Below are positions 32,468 to 42,250 of a stretch of 64,000 nucleotides of DNA, one piece after another; positions within the stretch are counted from its first letter, which is position 1; every line of letters begins with the position of its first letter. Made by a program: the position numbers and the translations under genes. The notes under the pieces are model-generated. The model saw only the letters and a list, made by a program, of their open reading frames with translations, did no database searches and was not told the DNA's origin. The DNA comes from an uncultured bacterium (GTDB lineage Bacteria > Patescibacteriota > Minisyncoccia > Phycocordibacterales > CAIRYW01): the NCBI GenBank assembly GCA_963766885.1, contig CAVYBO010000002.1, positions 365,521-429,520 of the forward strand, read 5' to 3'.

Positions 32468-33671
32468 TTATATTGACGAAGAAAGGTTGTAAATTGGAAT
32501 CAAAACCGAAGCCAAAAGAAAAGCTACGCCGAATCCCAAAACAACAATCATCACAGGCTCAATCAAATCCACCAAAGTATCCACCGAGTTGACGACTTCT
32601 CTTTCATAAAATCTGGCTAAGGTCTCAAGCATTCTGCCAAGTTCTCCTGTTTCTTCTCCGACTTTCACCATTTGGATGATAATGCCAGGCATTTCCGGAT
32701 GCAATGCAAAAGCATCAGAAAGGGTGCTGCCGGACTTTACCCTTTCAAGAGCATCAAGTAAAACCGTCCTATACACCTTACTGTCCACCACTTCGGCTGT
32801 AAGCTCTAACACTCTAATCATCGGCACGCCGGCAGAAAGGAGTGTGTTCATGTTGTCAGAAATTCTGGATAAATAAAGTTTCTTGTAGAGATTGCCGATA
32901 TACGGCGTGTTGATTTGGAATTCAGAAATGGCCATACTTCCACTTTCTGTCTTGTTGTATCTGTCTATAACATAAATCAATATAATGACAGCGATCAAAA
33001 TAAATAGACCATAATCTCTTACAACATTACTTATATCAATCACAATCTGGGTATATACAGGTATCGGTTGGCCAGAATCAGTGATTATAGAAGTAATTTT
33101 TGGAATAACTACCGTAAGCATTATGCTCATAACCAAAATACAGGTAAAGATGACAAACGCCGGATATATCAATGCGTTTTTTGCTTTTGAAGAAATTGCA
33201 TAGCTTCTATCCAAATAGTCTGCCAAATAAGTGAAAGTCTGATCAAGCTTGCCGCTTTCTTCTCCGGCGCGCACCATGTTTATATAAAAAGTGCTGAAAA
33301 CTTTTGGGTGCTTGGACATAGCTTTGGAAATTGACGTTCCACCCTGGATATCACTAGCAACTTCAGCCAAAACATCTCCCAAGGACTGCACTCTCGCTTT
33401 GTTCTGAAAGAATTCTAAAAACTCTGAGAGCTGAAACCTGAGCAGAAAAAAGAGTGGCTATCTGGCGGGAAACGATAACCAGGTCTCTGTTTTTAACATA
33501 GCTAAAAATGTTGAATTTTTTGTTTAGAAAACCAGAATTTGCTTCCTTGATCGTTGCAATAACTAATCCGCGCTTTTGAAGCGAAGTTATGGCAATATCC
33601 ACAGAAGAAGCGTCAATTGACCCCTCGCTTTCTTGGCCGTCTTTGTCTATGACTTTATATTTGAAAAGCAT
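32468..33671 (-). CDS. pilC: type IV pilus inner-membrane platform protein (GspF family), interrupted by a 1-nt frameshift near 33388-33393
   Basis: The N-terminal piece (33363-33671, RQIATLFSAQVSALRVFRIL) plus the C-terminal piece (32468-33391, two T2SSF repeats) sum to about 409 aa. The frames join at SEQSE|QSLGDV. Confidence 0.8.
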
Positions 33672-33692
33672 TTTAAATCAGTTATATTAAGA

Positions 33693-34754
33693 TTAAATCA
33701 TTCTTTCAAGCGCTTTAGGCTTAAAGGCAAACTTGTACGCATTTTCTATGCTGATTTCTCCGGCGCGCACCAAATCAGCAAGGCATCTGTTCATGTCAAC
33801 CATTCCCTGCTCCATGCTTGTTTCAATAACAGTATCTATTTCGTGAACTCTTTTTTCTCGTATCAAATTGGCCACAGCATCGTTTGCAATCATAAGCTCA
33901 TAAGCGGGAATTCTTCCTCCTGAAACTCTCGGCACAAGCCTCTGAGAAAACACCGCTAAAAGCGAACTGGCAAGTTGAATTCTGATTTGTTCCTGCTGAT
34001 CAGAAGGAAAAGAGTCAATGATTCTATCAATTGTTTGAGCCGCGTTGTTGGTATGAAGGGTCGAAAGCACAAGATGTCCTGTTTCCGCGGCGGTGACAGC
34101 AGCAGACATTGTTTCTGGATCGCGCATTTCTCCAACCACAATAACGTTTACATCTTCCCGAAGAGTGGAAATCAAAGCGCTATGAAAATTATTGGTGTCT
34201 ATTTTGACTTCTCTTTGATCTATAATGGATTTTTTCTGCTCAAAAGTGTATTCGATTGGATCTTCAATTGTCACAATATGTTCTGCTCTTTCTTGATTTA
34301 TTAATTCTGTCATTGAAGCAAGAGTTGTTGTTTTGCCCTGCCCGACCGGTCCCACTACCAAGAAAAATCCCTGTTTTCTTCTGGCAAAATCGCCGATAGC
34401 GCTTGGAATTTTAAGATCTTCGAGGGTTTTTATTACTTTTGGAATGAGCCTTAGGGCGATTGAGATGTGTCCCTGTTGAAAGAAGGCGTTGCCCCTAAAC
34501 CTTGCCGAGTTTTTGTATTCGTAAGAAAAATCAATTTCTTTGTTTTTTTGAAACATATCATAGAATTCCGCTGAAATAAGTTGTTTTAGAATTCCTCTGG
34601 TATCATCGCCGGAAAGCATTTCTTTTTTAAGAAGCGGAACAAGGGCTCCAGAAATTCTTATCATCGGATGCCTTCTTTCAGATACGTGCAAATCGGAGGC
34701 GTTTTCCCTTATGACTGTTTCTATTAAATCTTCTAGTTCTTTGTTGTAATCCAT
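33693..34754 (-). CDS. pilT: twitching-motility ATPase
   Basis: It has Walker A (GPVGQGKTTTLASM), Asp-box and His-box motifs and is about 350 aa. Confidence 0.85.
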   Translation of the reverse strand: MDYNKELEDLIETVIRENASDLHVSERRHPMIRISGALVPLLKKEMLSGDDTRGILKQLISAEFYDMFQKNKEIDFSYEYKNSARFRGNAFFQQGHISIALRLIPKVIKTLEDLKIPSAIGDFARRKQGFFLVVGPVGQGKTTTLASMTELINQERAEHIVTIEDPIEYTFEQKKSIIDQREVKIDTNNFHSALISTLREDVNVIVVGEMRDPETMSAAVTAAETGHLVLSTLHTNNAAQTIDRIIDSFPSDQQEQIRIQLASSLLAVFSQRLVPRVSGGRIPAYELMIANDAVANLIREKRVHEIDTVIETSMEQGMVDMNRCLADLVRAGEISIENAYKFAFKPKALERMI

Positions 34755-34759
34755 TTGTA

Positions 34760-35167
34760 TTATTTTTTATCTTTTTCTTCAGTAATCCTAAGAACCTCTT
34801 TTAAAACTTCTGACGGTATCGTAGTCGCTTTGACTATAAATCCGTCAACATTCAGCTTTTGCGCCCTATCAATATCGCTTGGCTGACCTTGGTTGGAAAG
34901 AATAATGACTGTGGTATTGGGTATAAGATTTTCTTTGCGAATTGTTTCCAAAAGCTCCATACCGTCCATTCCAGGCATCACAACATCTAAAAGCAAAATA
35001 TCTGGGCTCAATCCTGTACGAAATTTGTCTAGAGCTTCCTCAGCAGATTGAATAGCTTGAACTCCCATTCCTTCTTTGGTGAATTTCATTGAATACATAT
35101 TTAAAAGGAACTTATCATCATCCACCAAAACTATTGAATATTTATTCTTTACTTTGTTATCGTCCAT
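34760..35167 (-). CDS. response regulator, receiver domain only (PilH-like, within the pilus operon)
   Basis: It has VLVDDD, ILLLDVVMPGMDG and a conserved K. Confidence 0.75.
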   Translation of the reverse strand: MDDNKVKNKYSIVLVDDDKFLLNMYSMKFTKEGMGVQAIQSAEEALDKFRTGLSPDILLLDVVMPGMDGMELLETIRKENLIPNTTVIILSNQGQPSDIDRAQKLNVDGFIVKATTIPSEVLKEVLRITEEKDKK

Positions 35168-35202
35168 TACTATTTAATTATAACATCAAATTTATGCAAA
35201 TT

Positions 35203-36926
35203 TTATGCCAGAGTGCTTATTTCTTCAAAAGGAATTTGATGATCAAGGGCTTTGATGATTGCGTCTTCTTTCATTGTGAGCATTCCCTCTTTTCTAACTA
35301 CTTTCCAAATTTCAGTTTCAACAGGACTTGCAAGAATAACACTTTCCAATTCTCTACTCATTTTAAAAACTTCAAAGACAGCTAGCCTTCCGTGAGTGCC
35401 CTTAGGACACTCAGTAGTGGGTGTCGCCTCAAGCACCGTTCTCTTTTTTGACAAATCGATTTTAGAATCTTGAGGTAAATCCACAAACTGTTTGTCTATC
35501 ATTACTTGAATACTTCCTTCTACAGGGATCTCTTTGGCACCTTCAGGACATATTTTTGCAACAAGACGCTGCGCCATAGATAAAATCAAAGTCGGAGCGA
35601 TAAGATATGGGTCGATGCCCATATCCACAAGTCTTGGAATTACGCCGATTGCATCGTTGGTGTGAATTGTCGAAAATACAAGGTGACCAGTAAGCGCGGC
35701 CTGGATTGCAAGAGCTGCGGTTTCCTTATCTCTGATTTCTCCAACCATGATTATATCCGGATCTTGACGAAGTGTGGTACGCAACCCATTGGCAAAGGTA
35801 TAGTCTATCTCCGGTCTGATTTGCGATTGGCTCATTCCTTCAATGCTGTATTCCACAGGATCTTCCAAAGAAAGCACGTTATTGGATTCTTTATCTACTT
35901 CTTCTATCATGGAATACAGCGTTGTGGTTTTTCCAGATCCCGTAGGCCCAGAAATCAAAATCAATCCGTAAGGCTTGTGAATGGCTTCTTTTACTAATTC
36001 CATATTTCTTGGCGATAAATCCAGATCCTTCAAAGATTTAACACCTCTTGAGTCTGGTCCAAAATTCTCATCACAACCTTTTCTCCATAATATGTTGGAA
36101 ATGTTGAAACACGAAAATCAATTTTTCTACCGTCAATTCTTGCGCTGAATCTGCCGTCTTGAGGCTTTCTTTTTTCATCAAGCTTCATATCAGATAGAAT
36201 TTTTATTCTTGCCACAACAGCATTGAGAACTTTTGCAGGTAAAATAAGCGATGTGTGCAAAACGCCGTCCAACCTGAATCTAACTCTGACCTTATCAGCC
36301 ATTGGCTCTACATGCACATCAGACGCTTCACCTTCGATGGCATAACGAAGAATTGTGGCAACAATTTTTTTAACTGGCGCATCTTCTATAATATTTACAG
36401 AATTTATTTTTTTGCCGACTTCCTCGTCCTTAATATTGACCATCTCTCTTTCTTCGTCTGAAAGATCATCTTCTAATTCAGAAAGAGCTTTTGTGACTTC
36501 TCCAGATAGACCTTTGTAAGAAAGCATGGCTTTTTCATAGTCCTCCTTTGAAATAAGGAAAATTTTATAAGGAACATTGTTTTTTGAGGTAATGAAGTTA
36601 ATCGCGTCGCGGGCATCCAGATTTTCCGGGTCTACTACTCCAACTTCGAGAGCGCCGGCTTTTAAGTCTAAGGGCAGTATTTTGTAATAGTTTGCAGAGT
36701 CTTCTGGAATAAACTTCAAAATTTCCATCGGTATATTAGGGCTAGACAAGACTCTGGTCGGCACACTCATATATTGACCTTTAGCTTCAAGAATGTCTTT
36801 ACTGCTTACTCCGTATGATTTTAAAATATCTTCAAGTTGTTGGGGTGAAGCGGCTTCTGATTGTGCTTTTTTTGCGTCTTCAGAGGTTATTACCCCCTTT
36901 TTTAAAAGAATAGTTAAAAAATCCAT
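35203..36926 (-). CDS. pilB: type IV pilus assembly ATPase (GspE family), interrupted by a 1-nt indel in an A/T run (36032-36034)
   Basis: The N-terminal ORF has the GSPII_E N-domain and ends in RILDQTQEVLNL. The C-terminal ORF has EAIHKPYGLILISGPTGSGKTTT. Adding one T restores EVLNLLKDLDLSPRN. Confidence 0.85.
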
Positions 36927-36928
36927 TG

Positions 36929-37327
36929 CTATTGATTAGTTTGCGAATTAAGAGAAGGTGTTGAAGTGCTAGAAACCGTCTCCTCTGAAAGTCCTAAGTC
37001 TTCAACTGTTGAAGATCCAGCATTCATACCCTCAACTGGAGCAAACGGATCATCTCTTTGCTTGTCCTCTGGAATAATCGTCTGACCAAAATCCTTAAGA
37101 GAAGCATACTCTTGGTCATCAAAAAATGTTGTATCGAATTGAATATTTTGCACCTGCAAAAGAAGTGGTAAAAAATCAGCTAGGTCTGGATTGTCTGTTG
37201 TTGTGGTAACTGAGACAGCATCCGTACTGCCGTTATTTTTGAAAAACATATTATAAAAAATGAAACCCACCGCTAAAATTGCGATAATAATTATGGGTAT
37301 TTTAAATTTTTGAAATAAGTCTTTCAT
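36929..37327 (-). CDS. pilus assembly accessory protein (PilP-like?), hypothetical
   Basis: It has an N-terminal transmembrane anchor and an S/T-rich tail. It sits between pilO and pilB. Confidence 0.4.
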   Translation of the reverse strand: MKDLFQKFKIPIIIIAILAVGFIFYNMFFKNNGSTDAVSVTTTTDNPDLADFLPLLLQVQNIQFDTTFFDDQEYASLKDFGQTIIPEDKQRDDPFAPVEGMNAGSSTVEDLGLSEETVSSTSTPSLNSQTNQ

Positions 37328-37328
37328 T

Positions 37329-37880
37329 TTATTTTAGCCAATATGTTCTTATGTTTACTAAATAATCATAAGCAGTCCCGGTATTAGGAGATTGAAAATC
37401 AACACCTATAACATCGACAACCCTGAGACTCTGCTCTAAATCCTCTAAAAATGCGACGAAGCTCTGGTAACTTCCGGTAACCTCAAAAGAAAGCACAAGG
37501 GATCCGACAGGGTCAGTATTTGGACCAAGAGTGGCTTGTCCGCTTATATTGTTGGAAACATCTTGATTCTGTATTTTTATATTTCGCAGTGACATTCCGT
37601 GATTCCTTGCGATGCCGTTCATATCAAGGGCCAGCTGAACGTTGTCAACATCATCAGGCAAAAGCTTAACTATTGCATCCAAATCTGCCGGACTAAAACT
37701 GTTGTATTCTGATTCCAACTGCTTTCTTTTATTAAGAATTTGTACAGATTTGTCCAGAGCAGCATTTAAACTACTGACTTGAGAACTGACACTTTTTATA
37801 GCCTGATACTGAGGATTTGTAACAGCCAGAAAAATCCCGATTGATGCAATTAAAATTAAAATTGGAACTATTGTTTTCAT
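37329..37880 (-). CDS. pilO: type IV pilus assembly protein PilO-like
   Basis: It has a single N-terminal transmembrane helix, a coiled segment and a periplasmic domain. The gene order pilM-pilN-pilO supports the call. Confidence 0.6.
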   Translation of the reverse strand: MKTIVPILILIASIGIFLAVTNPQYQAIKSVSSQVSSLNAALDKSVQILNKRKQLESEYNSFSPADLDAIVKLLPDDVDNVQLALDMNGIARNHGMSLRNIKIQNQDVSNNISGQATLGPNTDPVGSLVLSFEVTGSYQSFVAFLEDLEQSLRVVDVIGVDFQSPNTGTAYDYLVNIRTYWLK

Positions 37881-38608
37881 TGCGATTGGATTTGATTATT
37901 TGAAGAGCTGTTAGTGTCTGTTTGGCTCTGAGTGGTGCTTGAATCTGAATTTGTATCTGTACTTGAGACACTCTGACTTAAATCTGTAACTGTACTTGAA
38001 GCGTCCTGATTTTGATCAGTAGCATAAGCGCTTAGATTGTTTTTATACAACAAGAAACTTGGATCAATGTTGGCACTGAAATCAAAAACCACATTTCCTG
38101 ACTTATCAAGATTTAGATTGGAGAATACAACATTCCTAAAGGCTGGGTCGTTTGAAAATACTTTAGCCTGATATGCCAGAGAATTATAAGATGCTGCCAA
38201 GCCAGACATCTGGACAGCAATTGACCCTGTATTGTCAGTACCATATTTTAAGTTCAAAAACTGAACTGACTTCAAAGTGTCATTGTCCAGAAGATTAAAA
38301 AGGGCTGAAATTGATACATGATTTTCCAATAGAGAACTTGCATTAGTAAAACGGCTGTTTAGCCTTGCGTACTCCTTTATAGTGTCCGGCTCAAAAGCAT
38401 TTTCATTTTTTTCCAGATCATTTTGAATAGATGCCACTTCGCTCAAGAGATACTGGTGCCACGCATAAGTGCCCGCTGCCACTACCACGCTTAATATAAG
38501 GATAATAATTGAAATAAAACTAAGAAAGCTCCCTTCCCTGTGAGGGCCTGAGATTGGCTTATCAAGAGACGTCTTTGGTATAAAAGTATTTTGAAAATTT
38601 GTTTCCAC
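37877..38608 (-). CDS. pilN: type IV pilus assembly protein PilN-like
   Basis: It has a single transmembrane helix and a coiled segment, and is translationally coupled between pilM and pilO. Confidence 0.6.
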   Translation of the reverse strand: METNFQNTFIPKTSLDKPISGPHREGSFLSFISIIILILSVVVAAGTYAWHQYLLSEVASIQNDLEKNENAFEPDTIKEYARLNSRFTNASSLLENHVSISALFNLLDNDTLKSVQFLNLKYGTDNTGSIAVQMSGLAASYNSLAYQAKVFSNDPAFRNVVFSNLNLDKSGNVVFDFSANIDPSFLLYKNNLSAYATDQNQDASSTVTDLSQSVSSTDTNSDSSTTQSQTDTNSSSNNQIQSQ

Positions 38609-38691
38609 TTCTCTTATATTCTAACCCCTAATCAAAATTCTGTGTAGAGCAAACTGTGCACATCTTTAGAATTTAATAGTTTAAATTATGA

Positions 38692-39807
38692 TTACATAAA
38701 TTCCTGAAGCTTGCGCAAGGCAATACCGGCAGCAACGGCAAAATCCAAACCGCTTTCTTTGAGAATATCAGCAAGAAACGCCGGCACTTCAATTTTGCCA
38801 AAAGCATCCCCCATAACAACCTGTGTTTGGAACTTGGATTTTGCAAAATCTATAAAACCACTCATAGCAACTCCGCCGCCAGTTAGAAATACCTTTGATA
38901 CCGCTTTGTGGGTTTTTTTCTCATAAAAAAGCATAAAGCTTCCCGCTTCTGAAAAAACGTAATCTAGAGTGAGAGACACTATGTCATAAATGCTTTTTTC
39001 TTCTTCTTTGTTCAGAGTCCCCATGTTTCTTTTGATTTTTTCCGCCTTCTCCATGGAAACTTGGTAGCCTTGGGAAATGGCGGAAGTGATATCCTGAGAG
39101 CCTTTGTTTATTATGTGCGACTGCTTGACTATACCTCTTTCAACTATATAAAGTTTTGTTGCTGCGGCGCCCATGTCAAAAATCATAACTGTGTTTATTT
39201 CGTGCTCAATAATAGAACGGATTGTTGCAAACATTTCTATTTCAAAAAAACTTGTCGCAAGTCCCGCGCCTTTGACTACTGAATTATAATTGTTCAAAAC
39301 TTCATTATGGATTGAAACAATCAAAACTTCTGTTTTGTCTGATTTGATCGGCTCTTCGTCGCCCGGAGAAGCAAAGCTTCGAGGCTCCTCTTTTGGAATT
39401 ATCCACCAATCCATTGCAACTTCGCTTATCGGCACAGGAATATATTTTCTGGCTTCAAGCGGCACCATCTTGTTCAGTTCGTTTTGAGAAAGATTCGGCA
39501 TTTCAATTATTGAAACTAAGCTGGCGCGCAAAGGAATAGCGATACCGGCGTTTGCTGTAGTGACATTCGCTTCCTTCATCAAATCTCTTATGATCTCGCT
39601 TACCTTTTCCTGTGGAAGTGTTGCAGCTTGGCCAATTGTCACTCCGGCATAAGGACCTATAGCGAGACTTCCGTAAGTTTTTAGAATCGCTTTGCCTTTT
39701 GATTTGGCAACCTGGACGATTTTTATAGCCGAAGACCCAATGTCAACTCCGATTACGTTCGTGTCTGCGTGGTTGAACTTAAGTATGTTACTTAAAAAAT
39801 TATTCAT
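38692..39807 (-). CDS. pilM: type IV pilus assembly ATPase-fold protein PilM
   Basis: It has the actin-like fold signatures VIGVDIGSSAIKIV and FDMGAAATKL. Confidence 0.8.
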   Translation of the reverse strand: MNNFLSNILKFNHADTNVIGVDIGSSAIKIVQVAKSKGKAILKTYGSLAIGPYAGVTIGQAATLPQEKVSEIIRDLMKEANVTTANAGIAIPLRASLVSIIEMPNLSQNELNKMVPLEARKYIPVPISEVAMDWWIIPKEEPRSFASPGDEEPIKSDKTEVLIVSIHNEVLNNYNSVVKGAGLATSFFEIEMFATIRSIIEHEINTVMIFDMGAAATKLYIVERGIVKQSHIINKGSQDITSAISQGYQVSMEKAEKIKRNMGTLNKEEEKSIYDIVSLTLDYVFSEAGSFMLFYEKKTHKAVSKVFLTGGGVAMSGFIDFAKSKFQTQVVMGDAFGKIEVPAFLADILKESGLDFAVAAGIALRKLQEFM

Positions 39808-39834
39808 AAAATATAGTAATATAGAGATTATATC

Positions 39835-40518
39835 ATGATGGATCGGATCTTCTTTAAAATTCTATCATTTTTTCAGGATTGTTATGAAGAGTATCTTTTT
39901 CAAAAAAGCCCACTGGCAATCAGGCTTGAAAAATTCCAAAGCCAGGATTGGCTTGCTCTTCTTTCTCCCTTAGAAAAAAATAATGTCTTGAGTTTTTTTT
40001 CCTATGAAAACAAAGAAATACACGAGGCCATAAGAGAAATAAAATATTCCAGAAACAAAAAAATTCTTGTTTCTTTGGCTGATTTTTGCGCAGATATGCT
40101 TTTATCTTTTTTGGAAGATGATATAAATTTTGGTTCGGATTCAAAAATTGTTTTTGTTTCGGTGCCGAGCCATAAAAAAAGTTTGCAAGAAAAAGGATTC
40201 AACCAAGCAGAAGATCTGAGTAAAGAAATTTCCAAAAAATTTGCAATTCCATCGCAAATGAATAAAAATATTTTAAAGAAAATTAAGTACACCAAGCACC
40301 AGACAAATCTTTCCAGAAATGAAAGACTAAAAAATCTGCATCAGGCGTTCATCGCAGAAATTCCCGAAGAAATTAAGGTCGAAATCGACAAAACATTTTT
40401 TATCGTCATAGACGATGTCTCCACCACTGGAAGCACAATGCGCGAAAGCCGGCGCGTGCTTCGCCGCGCCGGCGCAAAACATATTCTTTGTTTTTCTATC
40501 GCCCGAAGCGGAGAGTAA
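39835..40518 (+). CDS. comF: ComF-family phosphoribosyltransferase-domain competence protein
   Basis: IVIDDVSTTGSTMRESRRVLRRAGAK is the PRTase motif typical of ComFC. It is adjacent to the pilus locus. Confidence 0.7.
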   Translation: MMDRIFFKILSFFQDCYEEYLFQKSPLAIRLEKFQSQDWLALLSPLEKNNVLSFFSYENKEIHEAIREIKYSRNKKILVSLADFCADMLLSFLEDDINFGSDSKIVFVSVPSHKKSLQEKGFNQAEDLSKEISKKFAIPSQMNKNILKKIKYTKHQTNLSRNERLKNLHQAFIAEIPEEIKVEIDKTFFIVIDDVSTTGSTMRESRRVLRRAGAKHILCFSIARSGE

Positions 40519-40845
40519 CTATTTAACTTCCTCCCACACCCCTCTTTCAGAGTTATAGACAGCAACTTTGTCACCACCTATAGCCATATCATTTTCATAA
40601 TAAACTTTGTGTATAGCAGTTTCTGAAGCTTGATTTTGATTTGGAAATCTTCCTTTTCTCATATATTCATATTGAGTAATTTCTCCAGGATTTTCTCCTT
40701 CAACTTTTGCTTCAAGTAAATAAAGCCCTCCTTCGTCAGATAATTCACGAACCAGAGTGGTGTTTTCTGCGAATAGTCCAATAGCTTCCATTACTTCTTC
40801 TTTTGTCGGAATACGTTCTGGTCCTTTTTCAATTGGGTTTTCCAT
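40519..40845 (-). CDS. hypothetical protein
   Basis: It is a 108-aa ORF with no recognisable motif. Confidence 0.35.
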   Translation of the reverse strand: MENPIEKGPERIPTKEEVMEAIGLFAENTTLVRELSDEGGLYLLEAKVEGENPGEITQYEYMRKGRFPNQNQASETAIHKVYYENDMAIGGDKVAVYNSERGVWEEVK

Positions 40846-40868
40846 TATTCTATTATAGCGCAGTTAAA

Positions 40869-41456
40869 TCACCCGTTATTATTCTTCAAAAACAATTTCA
40901 CAATCAGATAAATGGCAATAGCTACAATAACAATCCAGCCCAAAATTTCCAAAACGTCAGAATAGCTTTCTGAGAACACGCCGAGATAATATCCAAGGGT
41001 TATAAAAAATACGATGTTGATTATGTTTCCAACAATATCAATAAATACAAAAACTTTTGCCGGTACTTCAGTCAACCCCGCCAAGAAATTTATAACCACC
41101 CCAGGCGTGCCGGTAAAGCGAGTTAGGAAAATTGTCATCTTGGAATGAGCATTAAAAAAATCTTCAATCTTTGCCAGAATTGAAAATTTTCTCATACGCT
41201 CTTTGGTGATTATTTTATTTCCCCAAATTCTTGTGACAGAAAAAGCAGAAATATCTCCTAAACAATTGCTTATGAGTCCAACCACAAAAAGCGTCTCAAC
41301 ATTAAAGTATCCTTGGCTTGCAAACGTGCCAGCAGCCATAAATAAAGTGTTGGAAGGAAGCGGCAGTAGAAAACTAGAAAGCAAAATAACCACAAATACT
41401 GTTACATACTTGTACAGGAGCAGATATGAGAGCAGTGTTGTGACAATATAATCCAT
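40869..41456 (-). CDS. DedA/TVP38 family membrane protein
   Basis: It has an LPLPSNTLFMAAG-type motif and a ~190-aa multi-transmembrane profile. Confidence 0.6.
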   Translation of the reverse strand: MDYIVTTLLSYLLLYKYVTVFVVILLSSFLLPLPSNTLFMAAGTFASQGYFNVETLFVVGLISNCLGDISAFSVTRIWGNKIITKERMRKFSILAKIEDFFNAHSKMTIFLTRFTGTPGVVINFLAGLTEVPAKVFVFIDIVGNIINIVFFITLGYYLGVFSESYSDVLEILGWIVIVAIAIYLIVKLFLKNNNG

Positions 41457-41465
41457 CAGCAGTAT

Positions 41466-41858
41466 TTAGGTTTTAGAAGAAAAATACTGCCTGACAGCTG
41501 CTCTTACCGTATTTGTAAATATGGTTCCTGTTTTGCCAATTGATTTTGCATATTTAACAATGACAATATTAGGATATTTTGGATTAGAAATATGCAAAGC
41601 ATTTTTCAAATAATTGTTTGGCAATTTGAAAGAGATATTTATGTAATTGAATGTCATCCATGGCTCAATATAAATGACATCTGCTGCATTAAGGGGTTTT
41701 TGGCTCGCTAAGTTTTGCAGCTGCAATTTTTCGGTGTTTATTATTCCCTGATTTCTTATCTCAAAATATTGTTCAGCTAATAATCCAAAAAGAATAATAA
41801 GCACAAGAAGCAGAATCAAAAGCAGCGCTTTGGCAATCTGTTTTGGTCGGATATTCAT
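41466..41858 (-). CDS. membrane-anchored hypothetical protein
   Basis: It is 130 aa with an N-terminal transmembrane helix. Confidence 0.4.
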   Translation of the reverse strand: MNIRPKQIAKALLLILLLVLIILFGLLAEQYFEIRNQGIINTEKLQLQNLASQKPLNAADVIYIEPWMTFNYINISFKLPNNYLKNALHISNPKYPNIVIVKYAKSIGKTGTIFTNTVRAAVRQYFSSKT

Positions 41859-41924
41859 AATGTCTAATTATAACATTATGAAAATAGAAAAAGATGAGGT
41901 TTTATGATAATCTGTCAAAACCTT

Positions 41925-42013
41925 GGAGACGTGTCAGAGCGGTCGAATGTGCATCTTTGCTAAAGATGTAGGGGCTTCAAAACCCCTCGCGGGTTCGAAT
42001 CCCGCCGTCTCCG
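41925..42013 (+). tRNA. tRNA-Ser (GCT), class II
   Basis: It has acceptor GGAGACG/CGTCTCC, anticodon loop TTGCTAA, a long variable arm, T-loop TTCGAAT and discriminator G. Confidence 0.85.
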
Positions 42014-42155
42014 AAAAGACTGATTCTGATATATTTTATATCAGAATCTGGCTTTGGGACGCCGATTCGAAAGACGCAGACGCGACGGCGTCGAGCCGGG
42101 GTCGCAGAAATTTTCAGCAGAAAATCATCTGTGACCGAATCCCACTGTGATTATT

Positions 42156-42245
42156 GGAGAGATGGATGAGTGGTTTAAATCAGCAGTTTACTAAACTGCC
42201 GAGCCTTAACAGGCTCCGAGGGTTCGAATCCCTCTCTCTCCGCCA
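42156..42245 (+). tRNA. class II Ser-like tRNA with an unusual anticodon loop (TTACTAA, nominal anticodon ACT); CCA is encoded
   Basis: It has acceptor GGAGAGA/TCTCTCC, D-loop GAGTGGTTTAA, anticodon stem GCAGT/ACTGC, a long variable arm, T-loop TTCGAAT and discriminator G followed by CCA. Confidence 0.65.
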
Positions 42246-42250
42246 AGCCT

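Noticed and set aside
41923-42150. 75-aa plus-strand ORF overlapping tRNA-Ser and the spacer
   Set aside because: It overlaps a well-folding tRNA and a GC-rich hairpin, and no Shine-Dalgarno is apparent. It is spurious.
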